A DNA stretch of 64,000 nt from Hydrolagus affinis (taxonomy: Eukaryota). Below the pieces are notes generated by a model. That model was not told the origin of the DNA. It made no database searches and worked only from the letters and a program-made list of their open reading frames with translations. Below, piece by piece: positions 50,271 to 63,000 of this stretch (position 1 is the stretch's first letter; every line of letters begins with the position of its first letter). A program made the translations under genes and the position numbers. The DNA lies in contig JAAILG010001340.1 in the NCBI GenBank assembly GCA_012026655.1, positions 1 to 64,000 on the forward strand, written 5' to 3'.

Positions 50271-52968
50271 CTCTTTTGTTTACTGGTTGCCGTTGGTAAA
50301 GTAGATTAAATAATCCTTCGTCGCTCTTGGCAGCCAAACTGCAATAGTCCAGAAAAAGACCTTCTTTGAAGATTTTTAAAAAACATTTATCTTATATCTG
50401 ACTGTTTTATGGCTGGTGGGCATAGAGGGCATGGCAGTGGGTTAAATATACACACAGTCCTTTTCCCATGTTTAAATTCCTTGCTTTAATAAGAACAAAA
50501 AAAAGTAAAACCGAAACAGTTTACTGTGGTTAAATTCCAATTTGAATGCAAATTTAAGAGAGACTGAAAACTTTAAAGGAGCCCTCAGGCAGGTAGGTGT
50601 CTACAGTCAGGCCTGGCATCTCTATTATGCAAAATAAATAATGAACTCTACATCATTTAGAAAGAATTCTCCAGGACCATCTATCAAAAGCCAGAGCCCT
50701 TGCTGCTGGGATAATGGAAGAGTTTACAGCCTTATGGTTTCCTCTCATTTCAATACTGGTCTTACCACAAGCTTGAGAGAAGTCAAAACTAGGACAAAAA
50801 CAGGCCTGTCCGACAGCACAGCAGTAAAATGACAAGAGGCCGACAGTACCCTGATTTGCCATAACATTTCTCAGCTATTCTGTGAGGAGGATCAGTTGCC
50901 TTTTCATTTAATTGCCATGCCTAATACGGTAGCCTGTATCATTCAATTGTTCTAAGTCAAGGTATCAGCTGCAGGTCAGAAGGTAACATTTTGTTTACAA
51001 GATTATTTCCTAAAGTACTTATCTCACATTCCCTGTGAAAGTTGACTTTGCTTTTTGTGGGGAGAGAATTGGGGATAGAAAATTAGCCACAGTGGCTGGA
51101 GCTGAATGGGTTTAGGTGGGAGGTCTGAGAACTGCCTGCCGTGACACCCAGCAGGACGCCTTATTAGCCGCGTCATCACAGTTCATTCAAGCAAACCATA
51201 ACAGTGTCACCAACATTCCCACACAAAGACAAAGTTCTTCACACAGTCTATAAACATGCTTCTCCTGGCCAATTCATCCCAAGCTGACAGCAGTGAAAAG
51301 ATTTAAAAAATAAGCTTCGTCAAGCAGACTGAATGAGGTGACTATTCCTCAGGCTTCCTGGGAAGAGACGTTCTGGGGGTCAGCGAATAATTTATCACTG
51401 ATGAGAACACTTCATTCTTCCAGCCATTCTTATCGTGTATGATTTTAGGCAAAGTGCTATTTGCCATTAAAGATTTCCAAATGCAATATGAAGCTGTTAA
51501 AAAGAGAGGGTTTTGTCAAACCTGTCACAAAATTTTATAAAGCACTCGTAACCTGGAATGTTCAAACAAAAGGCAAATTTACATACTTTCCATATGAAAT
51601 AAAAGTCTTTGTAACCTCCCAAAGCGCAGAATCTAGAATAGGAGTCACTAGGAGCACTGCGAAGTAGCAATAAAGGTCACAGAAAGGTTACCGGACACAG
51701 GAGAGAATGACAGATACAGTCACACAAATAGCTTCTCTTCTGTCAGTTATCTGAGTGGCGAGTTTTTGACAGTTAAGCTGAATGCTGAAAAGGCAGCACT
51801 GACAAGATTTATCATTCACTGGGCCAATCAACACCTAGTGACATAGCAATATCCCGATCACTGGTCATTTTCAGTGTCATTATTCAGCCTTGGGAGCAAA
51901 AGCAATAACAGTCATTTTATTCCATCTATGTTTTGGTAGAAATCACAAAATATTTTGATCAAACCTCGATGTGAAAGTTTTAAGCAGATAGCTGATCCGG
52001 TTAACGTTACTTTATGTCGCAGCTGTGCTTGTAATGCTTGTACTTTAGAAGTTATTCTAACTTTGTGCATTGACTACAGGCCAGATTTCTCCAACCTCCC
52101 ACCCCCATCACCAACACCATTTTACACACACATAAATAATAGTGATTACAGGAAACAGCAACTTTGCTACGATGTGATGAATAAAGTATATTGTTGACTG
52201 ACAGCTAATCCAACCACTTGTCAAACTGAGAACGATAACTAGATTGTAATATCACTTTAATGGAGGAACATGGGTTCCAATAATACCTGTCTTCTTTTGC
52301 TGTAACACAGTTAAACCCCTCATTTTGAAAAGTCAGGCTACGCTCAAGGTTGCTCAGAGCCTGTTAAAGTGTCAAACCAGTATTGAGAATCTCGCTCATA
52401 CATTCCAAAAGTGTTGTGTGAAGAGATTTGCTCGCTGTATTTTACATTTATGTTCTTCAAACGTTAAAAAAAAATTGATACCATTCACTTGCTAAGCAAA
52501 TGCACCAGAATGCCGGGAGGATGATGGAAGGCAGATTGAAGTTGAAGTTTCCTCAGCTACACATACAAAGCAACTCGTAAGCAAATTTAGGAAGCATCAA
52601 AAAGCTTTACGAGCATCCAACATCAACAATGTTTCAGAAGCAACTCTGCGCACACAACTTAGTGAGCAAAGCACTGCTTTGGGAATGTTTAATATTTGTT
52701 GGCAATATTATCAACCCTTGCAGCATTGTGAATATGAATCTTCTAAAAAAAAAACAGCTTACAATGGTAGCTGCGATACAATGTACATGCATGAAGTGGG
52801 AGCAATTCCATTGAGTGCTTCTAATGAAATTATAAGGGAAATTCAACTGCTGTATGAACATCACCAGGACAAAGAGATTAACATTTGTGTTTTTTAATGT
52901 CTGATTAGGATGACTGTTTGCCTTAATATCATTAAATACCATTTGTAGCATTTTTTTTAAAACAGTTT

Positions 52969-52982
52969 CCAGCAGGGGGCAT
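52969..52982 (+). promoter_or_regulatory. Candidate CTCF core motif
   Basis: CCAGCAGGGGGCAT versus consensus CCASYAGRKGGCRS. Motif match only. Confidence 0.45.
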
Positions 52983-53649
52983 GAAGTACCCTGGAGGCAG
53001 CATGCAACAAAGGTAAAAACTAATTAAACAGACAGTGACAAGTTAGCTAAATACTTAAACATCTCATGTTTGATACTACACACCACCTGCCACAAATCCC
53101 ACCCACCCCCTCACCCCTGTTCTTTTATCAGTCGATTATTGTAAGATGTAGTACTCTATATAATATGAAGCATCATCAATTTTAACAATCCAGCCCATTA
53201 CCACATTTATTTGTGTGTTTTGAGATTGGTGGGTCAGACCTCAATACAGATTCCGATTCATTTTAACTACAGCAATCTTTTGTTGAACTGCAGCAATCTT
53301 TTATACCTCAGAAGATTTCTACCAGTACATTATGATCTCCCTCATTTTCATTAAATCAGTATTAAAGATTTAAAATCTTTAACTAAAATACTACATAAGC
53401 AGACAAAAATAGGCCCAAAAGAACATTGTGTGTTTGCTTGCCTTTTCCGTGAAAAGCTGAAAGATCTTTTGGCATTTACTCCCATGAGCTGAGAGTATAG
53501 AAGAAATCCAGGATGGATGCCCAATGCTCAGCAAATGGAATAGAACTAAGCTATAGAGACCAGGAAGGGCCAGGTTTGATTAACAAAAATTAGTTTGTTA
53601 ATCCTAAACGGGCTGATGCAATTGGCCACGGTATCAATGGGTGATATCT

Positions 53650-54570
53650 AGAAATGTCATTAGGAAACCGTGATGGAGTGTAAGTAAGCTTGTAAAAGAT
53701 CTTTGATAAAGTACCACATGAGAAATTCCTTTACACACTGATGTGAAGGGCAATCAAGGTAAGACATGAATATGGGTCGGTAGCTAGCCAAAGGGAAAGC
53801 AGCAAAATCTTAGAATGAATAGAACTAGATCAGAAGATATTAACTGGAGTGATTCGGTGGTCTAATGTTTACCTCTCCTGTAATGACTCCAGACTCAATG
53901 CAAGGTAGTTTAATTCCCCGGAAACCTCAATGCAGGGGAACTGTAGAATCAGAAACAGCAGCTAAGGTTTCATAGATTGAAAGTGCATGAACCTAGGCTG
54001 ACAAAAGACCAATTCATATAATTATAGAAAAAACTGCAACATACTATATAATAATAAATGATACTTGTGTTTGATATAGCGCCCTCTCACTTTGTTGGGA
54101 TGTCTCAAAGCACTTCACAGAACATATTCCAAAGTAAATTGACGCTATGTTTTGTTGGTGAAATGCAGCAGCCAATTGCACACAGCAGTGTCCTATAACC
54201 AGTCCTGGATTGAGTAACTAAATTATTATTATTTTTTAAAGGGAGTATCACCCCAAGAAATTGACTAATAATCAGATTCAAGCTTACTGCTATATAAACA
54301 ACCATTTGTAAAATACTTAACTGGATTGAGAAAGTAAATCTGATAAAACAAGACAGCACAGATTCAGGGGTGTGAAGGGCAAATTTAGGATAGACCTGAG
54401 AAAGATTTCCTTCCCTGTTGATGCAGTCAACAGCTGGAAGAGGCTACCACATAGCTGAGACCAGATAACTGGATTCATTTAAGATAAAGCTACGTGCTAG
54501 TTGGTATACTTGTAAGGATTAGATCAAATGAGCTGAAAGGGCTTCTTCAATCAGAACTATCCTGTTATTG
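53650..54570 (+). mobile_element. Degenerate CR1 LINE interrupted by a - strand SINE tail (54050-54250)
   Basis: tttgataaagtaccacatgag encodes FDKVPHE (CR1 RT motif AFDKVPH). A 3'-end pattern follows (aaatttaggatagacctgag...ggattcatttaagataaagct). The SINE tail is on the opposite strand inside it. Confidence 0.6.
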
Positions 54571-55619
54571 TGTAATTGCAACACCATGAAAACCTTAGCT
54601 GTTGCAAGATTATTATCCCTGGTGCTCAAGCAAAGCCAGGATTCACTACAGCATTTTCAACTTTTCACCTTGAATCTTACAAGCTATGATTGAACATCAA
54701 ACTATTAACCCTAGACTTCTGTTCGTATTTGCCATATGAAATTAGACTAAAACAGTGTTTGATGCCAGTGGTTTTGTACCACTATATTAACAAGCCATGA
54801 CTTCAATTATTAGTTCGGATATAAATCCACCATGCACCGAGCCCAGTACAGTTTTACTGTGCTTTCATACCATAAATCATTGGGTTCATCCAAACATAGG
54901 TGGAAGTAAAATATATTCATTGGAATCAGTTTGTCATCTTTTGTAGTGCATCAAAAAAGCAGACAAAAGCATTCATATGCTTCATTTTTGCAAACATTTA
55001 TAAATCTAATCAAAATAAAACCCATATTATGTTAATGGGAATACAGAAAATGAACACGGAAAATGAGCTTGTGGCTTCACTGAAATTGGTGTGATTAGGA
55101 GAATATATCTTAAAAAAAAGCACAGTCTAATCTTTAATCTAAGGTTCTATCAAATTATACTTTGCTTTCTGAGTTTTACTCCTGTTTATATTTTCAAATC
55201 ATGTTATTCCCCCTAACCAATTTTTGATCCAATTAATATATTATCATATCTTTGAGATGTCCCACTGTATTTCACAACATGGTGTATTCTATGACGGAAT
55301 GAGGATCACGGTTGTTCATTTTTATGCATATCAAAATATAGGTCAAAAAGTCGGCAAGGTATGGCACATTTCTGCAGCAAAGGGATATCGGAGCTTTTAA
55401 AGAAAAAGGAAGGAAAGACAACAATGGAGTGATATCAGGATTATTTTCCTTTCCTGTTTCTGGTAACTCTGGACTTGGAACTAGAATGCTGCAGGTTAAA
55501 TCCTGGGTTCACTCTGTACTTCACCATTTCAATAGAATAAGTAGGGATCTCCCTGGGATTGAACATTCTCTCAAGAGAATTTTCAAGGGATTCAGGGCAT
55601 AATTAGAAGTGTGGAGTCC

Positions 55620-55752
55620 TAGAACATAATAATTAGGAGCAGGAGTAGGCCATTTGGGCCCTCGAGCCGACACCACATTCAATAAGATCATGGCTGATCT
55701 TCTATTCTAACTCCACCTACCAGTCTTATCCCCATATCCCTTAATCCCTTTA
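55620..55752 (-). mobile_element. CR1-type LINE 3' end
   Basis: agaacataataattaggagcaggagtaggccatttgggccctcgagcc...aataagatcatggctgatct is the reverse complement of a CR1 3'UTR. Confidence 0.7.
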
Positions 55753-55754
55753 TG

Positions 55755-56647
55755 TCCTGTACTTCAGTGGTTGGAGTACGCGACTCGCAAGCGAGAGGAC
55801 CTGGCAATCAATGGCAATCAATGGGTTTGATTGCCAGGCAGAGCAAGATGTTAGGCAAGCTTCCTTACTCCACACGCCTCTGTTATCTAGCAGTGAGTAG
55901 GAACACGGTCGCTAAATCGCTTGGCGGATCACTTTTCCGGAAGCAATAATCCATTCCGAAAGTACACAAACGGAAATTTTTTATAATTTGGTTATTATTT
56001 GGAACACCACTGAGTGCAATTGGCTGCCACATTTCACCCACAAAATATTCACTTCATTTTACAGTGTATTCTGTGAAGAGCTTTGAAACAACAACAACTT
56101 AAACTTATAAAGCAACTTTCATGTCGGGAGGACGTCCCAAGGCGCTGCACAGGAGGCGTGTGACCCGAGCTAGGAGGCGAGTGTTCGGGAAGGGATGAAA
56201 CACGTAGGGGAGGTCGAAAAATTCGGGGGGGAACAAAAGGCACGGTCGAAGAGGAAAGTCTTCAAACCGGCCTTGAAAGAGGAAAGGGAGGAAACAAGGC
56301 GGAGGGATTGAGGGATGGAATTCCACAAGGTGGGAGTGGAGAAACTGAAGGCCAGGCCTCCGATGGTGGGGCGGTTCGGGCGGGGGGCTTGGAGCAGGCC
56401 AAGTCCAGCTGAACGGAGGGTCCGGGTGGGCTTATAGGGAGAGAGTAAATCGGTTAAATAGGGCGGGGCAAGGCCGTGTAAGGCCTTGAAGGTGAGGACG
56501 AGGATCTTGAACTCGATCCTCTGGAGGATGGGGAGCCAGTGGAGATGGGCGAGGGTGGGGGTTATGTGGTCGCGGAGGCAGGTGCGGGATAGTACACATC
56601 ACAAAGATGTGATAAGGCGCTACATCAATTGCAAGGATTATTATTAT
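55755..56647 (+). mobile_element. tRNA-derived SINE, long form, split by an L2 insertion at 56088-56594
   Basis: Head tcctgtacttcagtggttggag, body aggcaagcttccttactccacacgcctctg. The tail is broken at gaagagctttgaaaca and resumes acatcacaaagatgtgataaggcgctac...gcaaggattattattat. Confidence 0.8.
56088..56594 (-). mobile_element. 5'-truncated L2 LINE 3' end
   Basis: Highly similar to the 10453 copy. - strand frames give L2 ORF2 C-terminal residues (HITPTLAHLHWLPILQRIEFKILVLTFKALHGLAP). Confidence 0.9.
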
Positions 56648-58869
56648 GGCATAAATATGTTCAAAACCCTGTACAAAGTCCATCCGGACAAATACTATGT
56701 CTAACATGATACTTTTTGTTTAAGACTGTCATCTTAAAGAGTAATGAATGAGTTACAAATACTATATCCAACACTTTCTTTTTCTGTTGAATTCCAAATT
56801 CAGTGTAGCATGGGAAATAACCCCAATCTTGGGGTTAGACAGGGAAACATTTCCATATGTTTCTGCTTCTTTTCCACAATCTTTTCTGTCCTTCCTGAAA
56901 ACATTTTTTTGGAGTATATTCAATATTGCCTCACTCAGAAACTAGAAAAAATGTGACCTGGCATGTTCACACTTAAACCTAGGCTTCGGAGTAAAAAAAA
57001 TTCAGACATTTCTACTGCTTCGCCAGCAAGCGAATCCTAGTTATCAATGCAGTCAGGGTACAACGTTTGTTGGTTTGTGTGATAAATTGCAACAATTATT
57101 TAATCATTAGTCAGATAATGTATATGTTATCTCTTCTGCGCTTTCCATCATATTCATCATTTTTCATACAGTATGATGTACAACATCTCAGGATTTCAGC
57201 CATGCATGGATTATAGGAAAACAGAACGCCTATACTGCAACTAGGGCCACCCTACAAGATAAATAAAAAGCATAGGTGATTCTTTTTCTTCTATGTATGC
57301 TTTTTTTAAAAAAATTGTAGATTTTTATTAGAAGATAATTCTATAAAAAAAAAGGAATGCAATCACAATTTTTTCTTGGCAATGCAAACTTAACATAGAA
57401 AACATGTTCTCCAGTGAACAACTTCCAGACAGATTACTATAACATGAATCTTTTAAATTCCACTATAAATCATCAGATTGCAGTTCTCATACGATTCTCA
57501 AAACAACTGTGGCAGTTGTAACTTTGCATTTCAAGCCGCTCGGCTATGAAATTCTGTTCCCTTTAAAATATAACGTCTCCCTTCAGTTCGGTCTTTTAAT
57601 GAAGCGGTCCATCGTTTTCTTTTAAATGACTAGAAATCCAATCACAGATAATGCATTTCTTGTGCCATTTGAATGTTGTCTGTCTTGCTGCCAGGTCTTC
57701 TTTGTAAACTAGCCGTTGGGACTAAATGGGGCCAAGGCTGTTTAAAGAGGTTTTCAATTAAATAAAACAGAATAAAATCACGTCACTCCTGGCCAATCGG
57801 GAATGATGTTTACTTGCACGAGAAGACAATATTTAATTGTCGATAGCTGCAACTCATGGAACTTTTCAAGCAGCTGAACGCTGCATATTCAACCATCAAC
57901 TGCCAACTGCAACAATGCACTTGGCAAATGGAAATCTTCTCCAAAGGGTTACACATTCATGTTGGCTGTTGAGACATTTTCTTTTTCATGGAATGCAATA
58001 ATGACTTATAAAAGCATTTTATTTAAATATGAGGTTTATTGAGCCAGTAAGAGAGAGAACTATTTTTGAACAAACGACTCAATTTGGGTCACGCAAGACA
58101 AACATTTTTCCCTCCCAGCAAAAGAGAGCATCAATCTCATTTTAGAAATTCGGCCCTAAACTCTCTATACAAAAGCAGGCTGGCGATAAAGCAAGAATTT
58201 GCAATGGTGAATGAAAATGTATTCTTGATCATAAAATCTAAATAGGGAAAGGAAATGATTACATGTTACCAACCAGATAAAGTCTTTCTGCTGGCTGAAA
58301 GAATGAGCTTGGGCAATCTTAATGCAATTCGTTATTAGTATTGGGGCCCCAAGCAGTAAACCATCCCATAATTTTGTCATATCAGAAATGCCACAAGGCT
58401 AACTCATGTGACAAAATGAAGTGTCATCATAGGGAATTCTTTTCTGAGGTTGGAAATAATGCAAAACGTTGGAGCAAACTGGTTGGAGCTTTCTTTATGC
58501 AGCTATTTAGGTAGGTACCTAAATTGGGAAGCGCTCAACACCGCACTCCTATTGTTCCTTACCTTTGAGAGCAAGAACGACAAATTACATTGAGCATAAT
58601 TACCAACAATAACAACTTTGATCTGTATAGCGCCCTCCACGCCGGACGGCATCTCAGAGCGCTTCAAAGGTGACCATGTCAGCGGCAGACACCGACAGAA
58701 AATGCTATATTTCTGCATTTTTTGCATCAATACTTAAACACATTTTTATTTAAAAGCATTGCATTTATCAACAATTCAAATACCACAAATGAGTTGCAAA
58801 GTCACAAAGCTCACCAACAAGTGCATTGTCCTTAGATACTTGACTCACATTTACTTCTAATCCTTTTAA

Positions 58870-59085
58870 GGGCAAAACCTTGCACATGTTTCCTTACTCC
58901 ACATGCCTGATAATAATCCCTTAAGAAAAAACCCCTCAATAATAATCATTTCAATCCATAACTTTTTTATGGGACATTGCTGTGCACAATTAGCTGCCGC
59001 GTATTCTATGAAGAGCTTTGAAACGTCTCGAAAATGTGAAAAGTGTCGTATCAAATGCAAGAATTATTCTTATTCTTATTCTTAT
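58870..59085 (+). mobile_element. SINE short form, 5'-truncated and internally deleted
   Basis: aaaaccttgcacatgtttccttactccacatgcctgataataatccc...caaatgcaagaattatt. Confidence 0.75.
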
Positions 59086-59148
59086 TGGGTACAATTTCAC
59101 AGTATGCTATGCCCATCATTCAAACATACCAATGCATCCTACACACTA

Positions 59149-60064
59149 CAGTAGAAGCCCGTTTATCCAGCATCCGTGAGACCTGGCCATTGCCGGTTAA
59201 AGTGCCTGCCGGATATTTGGGTGGCCCACGGCCGAAAACCCACTACAAAAAAATTAAAGTTCTTTTAATACACACCATACACACCAGACTAAGTAATGGC
59301 AGATAGTGACAGAATGTCATGTTGGTGCTTGTTGTTGGGGTTGCTCTCTTGTGCTTCTCACCTTTGCTGGTTGGGATTTGCAGTCCAGCAATTCTTTTTT
59401 GAATGGGGGGCGCAGGCGGGTGAAAAAGGCGGCAGCGCAATTTTAAAGTCGCGCGACTTTACTAGCTGCAAGCCGAAGCTCTAGACTCTGCTAGCAGCAA
59501 ATCAAAATACTGCACCTGCGCGACAATGTGGGTTATCGGCTAGTGTTATCGGCTTGCCGCTAGTATAACTTTAAAGTCATATGCGCTCCATACCCGCTTG
59601 GTGTGCTCCATTTTGGGGGGAGTCGCTGTACTGTAAACCTCAACTGCAGTGTTACAGCTTCAAGCACAGCAACCAGTGGGGGTGGGAGGCGCAGGAGAGT
59701 AGTTTTGACGGTGAGTGCCAATGTAGTATTCTGTTGTTATGTTATTATTTATGCACTTACAAATGCTCCACTTCTATTGTTCTGGATAATAATAATAATC
59801 CTTGCATTTGATATAGCGCTTTTCACATCTTATTGACGTCCCAAAGCACTTCACAGAATATACTGTAAAGTGAATTGACTGTATATTTGTGGGCGAATCG
59901 CGGCAGCCAATTGCGCACAGCAGTGTCCCACAAACTGTCATGGATTGAAATGACCAATTTTATTATTGGATAAGTTCTGGTTTATCGAATGGGGACTTTT
60001 TTTTGGCGTGCCGGTTATATGGAAGCGCCGGTGCATCGAGTCACGGATAAACGGGCTTCTACTG
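59149..60064. mobile_element. Non-autonomous Tc1/mariner (pogo/Tigger-like) DNA transposon containing a SINE
   Basis: Perfect 20-bp TIRs CAGTAGAAGCCCGTTTATCC (59149-59168) and GGATAAACGGGCTTCTACTG (60045-60064), with TA on both sides. No transposase ORF. Confidence 0.88.
59787..59965 (-). mobile_element. SINE 3' half inserted into the DNA transposon
   Basis: ataataataataatccttgcatttgatatagcgcttttcacatc...gaaatgaccaatttt. Confidence 0.85.
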
Positions 60065-63000
60065 TACTTGGTGCTGCTTCCGAGTTTAATTCTTCCAAGG
60101 TTCAAATTCAATTTGCTCACAATGATTTCAATGCAAGATTCTGATTGACCAAATCTCAGAGTGAAAACATCGCACTTCCTGACATTCCAACAGTCCGTGC
60201 ATGACTTGCAGACACAATAGATAGGCACACCACTTGGGCTCAGGTCTATTCCTATAAGATTTTGCAGCTACTTGCTAGGAGGTGTGAGAGATCACCCCCA
60301 TGTTGACTTGCCCCTGTTTGCCCAGCCCCCCACCCACCCACCCCCACCCCCCCAACCACCACCGTGTGTGGTACAGTGTGGAAATACACCCACTCCTGAC
60401 ACGGACCTCATAACTCACTCGTGCCTGTTGCTCTTGTCAGCCTCATTCAGACAGATATTTTCCATCGACCACGGATTCCTATTGTGTGTCCTCTGCATAT
60501 AGAGAAGTCAACCATGCTGCAGTGATATCTAGAGATTCAGAATTCTCTCGTTCATTGCAGTCTTTGGATCCTGAGTAAAATATAGTGTTATATTCCATTT
60601 GGTTTTTTTTTGGCGTGGGGGGTGGGGGTTGGAGGGAGGGAAGAATAATTTTTTTCTTCAACCATAGAATCAAAAATGAAGTGGGAGAGAAACCAAAATC
60701 TATCAAATGTACATCATCGTCCCCCCAAAATGCTCTGGTGAAAGCAGGATCCTTAAGGCCGCCTGTGTCTTTGCCTAGAAACTGAGCCGCTTTTCTTTCC
60801 TCATTCAGCTACTCATTCTGGGAAAAGCCAAAAGGGAAACATTTAGATTGGAGGGTCTTTGAAATGTGGTGACAGTTGACTGATGAGCATCTATAAAATG
60901 ACAAAGAATTGTTGTGTGTAGCCTGTGCATCACATAGCCTCTCCCTGGGAAACTAATTGCTTTGAATTGTTAATAGTAACATTGTTTTTCTGGCAATCAT
61001 TTCTTTAGAATACGCAAAATGAGCATGAAACAGCTCTTTTGACTAGACATAAAAGTTAAATGTCCCAATGTTGATCAAATTAACTTCAGCTATGTGACAA
61101 TGGACTATATTTGTGAGACAATAATGGCAGGAACAAAGGGCTGCTTTATGCCAAGATTTCACAGTTGTAATGTAAAAATGTTGCAGTTGAACTAGGCCAG
61201 AGAACATTTCAAAAGGCAAACAGAAGAGTACTGTCACTTTTAGAAATCTGGCTACTCAGACCTGAATACACAGGACAATTTCAGGAAGTTTCAATGGTTG
61301 GCACATCCAAGCGCACAAGTGTCCAGCACCGCAACCAGAATTAAACGAGAACACAGCAAGACCGCAGGTGAGAGAGCAAACTATCCCACTGCAGGGCATT
61401 TTTCAGACCCATATCTCGACTTTAGTGGTCCTTTAAACGCATACTGAAGTTTTAAAGAAAAGGTTTTAAAATAACAGCGAGAACAGTTCAACTGAACCAA
61501 TGTGCAGAAACCCAGCAGGAAGCAGAACATTTTTAGGCTGTGAATCTTATTCAGAATCTGTAAGGAAAACTGCCTCAGTAAATACAAAATGAATTAAAGC
61601 CTACTGATCTACCTTAAAACACTTTCTTTCAGTGCTGTTTATGTATACACTACTAGCTAGAAACGTTTTAGCCCTAAACACGCTTTTAAGCAAGTTGAAA
61701 GGCTTGAGAAAAGACAATCGCTACTTTTTGAATGGGGGTTAAAGCCGCCCTGATTCATACTGAGAAGTAATTCAAAAGCTCAGCTTGAAACTTCTCTTCT
61801 GTGATTATCTTACATCACATAGCTACTGTAGCTCAGTTGGAAATGTAGATCTACACAGCTTTTAAGAGAGATTAAAGCTGAAAAAGAGGTTTACACCATA
61901 GATACTCTCACTTTCTCTTTCCTTACTGTCGGCAAGAGTAATGATAGACAATGGCCAAAGATGGTTCCCAAAACCCTCTGAATGGCTACACTGTTGGTGG
62001 CAGCATTCATTCAAACTGAGCCCAGTGTATTGTCTCCTCTATCAGTGGATCAGAATAGAGTTTGCTGGTGGCTGCCAAAAGGTTAGCTGCACTGATGAAA
62101 GGAGTTTCCCATTATTCACTGCTCTACAGAGCTTCCCTATTATGCCTTCCTGCCGCCGTTCATGATGGAGGTCCGGATCTGTGGCTGGATGATCAGTCAG
62201 AATAATTGATTTGTGCAAATGAAGCCCACAATGGTGGCACAACATAAAATCTAGCTTCCCCCAAAGACAAATGATTTTGCCAGATTTGGTGTTGTCGCAT
62301 TCTAATCATATATATTATAAAACTTCTGATTAACGGTGGAGCAAACTGCAAAACTCCCAATACATTGTGGGAGGGCCCAAGTGAGAGTACCGCTTGTTTA
62401 GAAATAAGAAACACCTCATCTTCTGCGCACACCAACACTCTTCCATTAACCTTTTGTAATCTTTAACAATTCTGCTAATACACTTGATATCTTTGAGCCA
62501 TTCTTATAATGCCACTTCATTTATTCTCAAGAACTCCTCGAGTGGATCATCTACTATTTCCTAGTTATCACCATACTGCACCTCTATTATTAGAACCCCC
62601 TCCATATAATAGCAGAACGGAGCTGTACTCCACATTCGCAGTGCGCTCTGTTACATCTCAGCAATCCAGATGGGTGGTATAACGCTGCAGCTTTCTGCGG
62701 CTGAAACTGGCAGACCACCTTGAAGCATAGTCTCGGAGCACTAGCATTCCTCAGCGACTGCAATTGGGACACAGCCAACATGTTAAACGCTGACGTTAAG
62801 ACACCGGGAGGACACACATGAAAGGAAAGAGCTGATTATCCCATCACCTTGTTTTTAATCACTGGCTTTTTTTAAAAACAGTTAGTCGGCCAAGAACCCT
62901 ATGAGCAAGTCTGGAGATATGGTGTTAGCTACTGCACGCTCTCCACTGCTTTATTGTGTTCCACAACTGTGCAAGCAAGCAGAACCGTGCTGCTGATTAC

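Noticed and set aside
62669-62680. Gli-like site TGGGTGGTA (also TGGGTGGCA near 23083)
   Set aside because: These are imperfect, isolated 9-mers. I saw no exact GACCACCCA, and such near-matches are expected by chance in 64 kb.
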